DNA from: Penicillus capitatus
Taxonomy: Eukaryota > Plantae > Chlorophyta
Direction: 5' to 3'
DNA length: 64,000 bases
NCBI GenBank assembly: GCA_965649825.1
Contig: OZ287718.1
Location: 62,001 to 126,000 of the forward strand
The notes beneath the pieces are model-generated. The model ran no database searches, was not told the DNA's origin, and saw only the letters and a list, made by a program, of their open reading frames with translations. This document shows, one piece after another, positions 63,580 to 64,000 of the stretch. Numbering within the stretch: the first letter of the stretch is position 1; the number at the start of each line of letters is the position of its first letter. Position numbers and translations under genes: made by a program.

Positions 63580-64000
63580 TCATGGCGTCGCCACAATGCC
63601 ACCAAGTCCTGGCGGACTTTCTTTCTTTTCTGTCTGTCCCTCTTCGGTTTCTGTTTCGTCGAGAGATGCAATGGCTTTCTCTGCTACCTCTGATCGAGGC
63701 TGACGACTAAAGCCGTATCCCAAGCTGTACCCAGATTCTTGAGACAGACTCTGTAATTCAGCAAAATGGTCTCGGCGGAATTCATCTAAAATGTTACCGA
63801 TCTCCTCCTCTGGAATACGAACCTGCCAAAGAAAAACGATCTATCGGTTTTTTATATCGTAGAGAGACGTGACCTGTGCAAGGACGGTCGCAGCAAGTTG
63901 AAGACTGGGTTCCAGTGTTTCGGGAACAACCACATTGGCTCCTGCTCGTTCAAGATTGCGAGCATGTTCTAGATCGAAAGCACGGACATATGTCTTGACA
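63580..64000 (-). CDS. KEA: K+ efflux antiporter KEA1/2-like, C-terminal KTN end only (5' part outside the window)
   Basis: VKTYVRAFDLEHARNLERAGANVVVPETLEPSLQLAATVLAQ|VRIPEEEI...SGYSLGYGF; stop at 63580-63582. Confidence 0.9.

Overview
This is a very gene-dense eukaryotic nuclear window using the standard genetic code, with mostly ~35-65 nt spliceosomal introns. It is almost certainly a chlorophyte green alga: it carries plastid-targeted RPS17, DUF2301 and KEA, plus a dynein matching what I recall of the Chlamydomonas outer-arm gamma chain. About 25 genes are well supported: tomosyn-like, plastid RPS17, NOT4, LMBR1-like, ZIP4/SPO22, Rab23-like, calmodulin-like, PPR, ABCG, single-pass TKL kinase, RPS15, TOM40, DUF2301, hexokinase, ODA-gamma dynein heavy chain, TBC1D13-like, KdtA-like, Dim1, helical-repeat protein, VASt-TM-DysF protein, KEA and several hypotheticals. 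I found no rRNA, tRNA, CRISPR array or recognisable transposase. The main anomaly is a 2,069-nt intron in hexokinase (35663-37731), about 40 times the local norm. It contains a same-strand, intronless ~243-aa orphan gene. It is bracketed by inverted elements that form an 18-19 bp helix whose only non-Watson-Crick positions are G-U wobbles on the pre-mRNA strand, suggesting an RNA-structure loop-out that lets a short-intron spliceosome skip a nested gene. Other signals are at least 8 GC-AG introns, a likely pseudoenzyme KdtA with a large insertion, a VASt+TM+DysF fusion, a Rab23 lacking its switch residues, and divergent start codons only 35-66 nt apart. Gene models were spliced by eye, so exon boundaries are inferences.
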